DNA of 64,000 nt, from assembly GCF_009914755.1 (NCBI RefSeq), contig NC_060940.1. One strand, 5' to 3'. The notes beneath the pieces are model-generated. The model was not told the origin of the DNA and made no database searches. It worked only from the letters and a program-made list of their open reading frames with translations. The position numbers were made by a program, and so were the translations under genes. This document shows, in pieces, positions 63,696-64,000 of the stretch (position 1 is its first letter; each line of letters starts with the position of its first letter). The stretch is from the human T2T-CHM13v2.0 reference genome, Homo sapiens.

Positions 63696-64000
63696 TAATA
63701 ATATACCTTCTATAAATATAATTTTTGATACATCTCCATGTAGAGCTATGTAATTGCTGGACGGATGTGTCAAAATTTATTTAACCCCTCTCCGATCAAT
63801 AGAAATTTAGGCTGCCCCTAGGCAGTTGTTGTTGCCACAGCCCTGGGACCTAAGCTCTAGTCTTATATCCCCATTTTACAGATGAGAAAACAGGCTCAGA
63901 AAGTTTGTGGCACATGGTCCAGCTCACATAGGAAATAATCAGAAACCAGGTTCCCATCCAGTGACCTTACCCTTAACCACAATAAAAACAGCTTTTATCA

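Overview
This is human genomic DNA, as shown by a human-specific AluYb8 and dense Alu, L1, L2, MaLR/ERV LTR and MER elements. The only supportable protein-coding segment is exon 1 of SMG1, the PIKK-family NMD kinase, on the minus strand: ATG at 8637, [32 protein letters not shown] donor after 8546. It lies in a CpG island at ~8200-9450. Positions 1-8545 are SMG1 intron 1, and ~9500-64000 is very Alu-rich upstream/intergenic DNA with nested LTRs. From memory this is 16p12.3 with TMC7 just beyond the right edge, which the window cannot confirm. Almost all ORFs in the supplied track are Alu or low-complexity artefacts. I found no clearly new gene system. The best leads are regulatory: (1) a 6-codon uORF whose stop overlaps the SMG1 start (TAATG); (2) an 18-bp inverted repeat pairing exon 1 with intron 1 across the 5' splice site; (3) a repeat-free island at ~51.7-52.4 kb carrying a near-consensus CTCF site plus ATF4/CEBP, E-box and NRF2/MAF motifs; (4) a MADE1 hairpin in intron 1; (5) a recent 53-bp VNTR in an ERV1 LTR and several inverted-Alu fusion scars. 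Repeat subfamily names come from recognising consensus sequence by eye and need RepeatMasker/Dfam confirmation.
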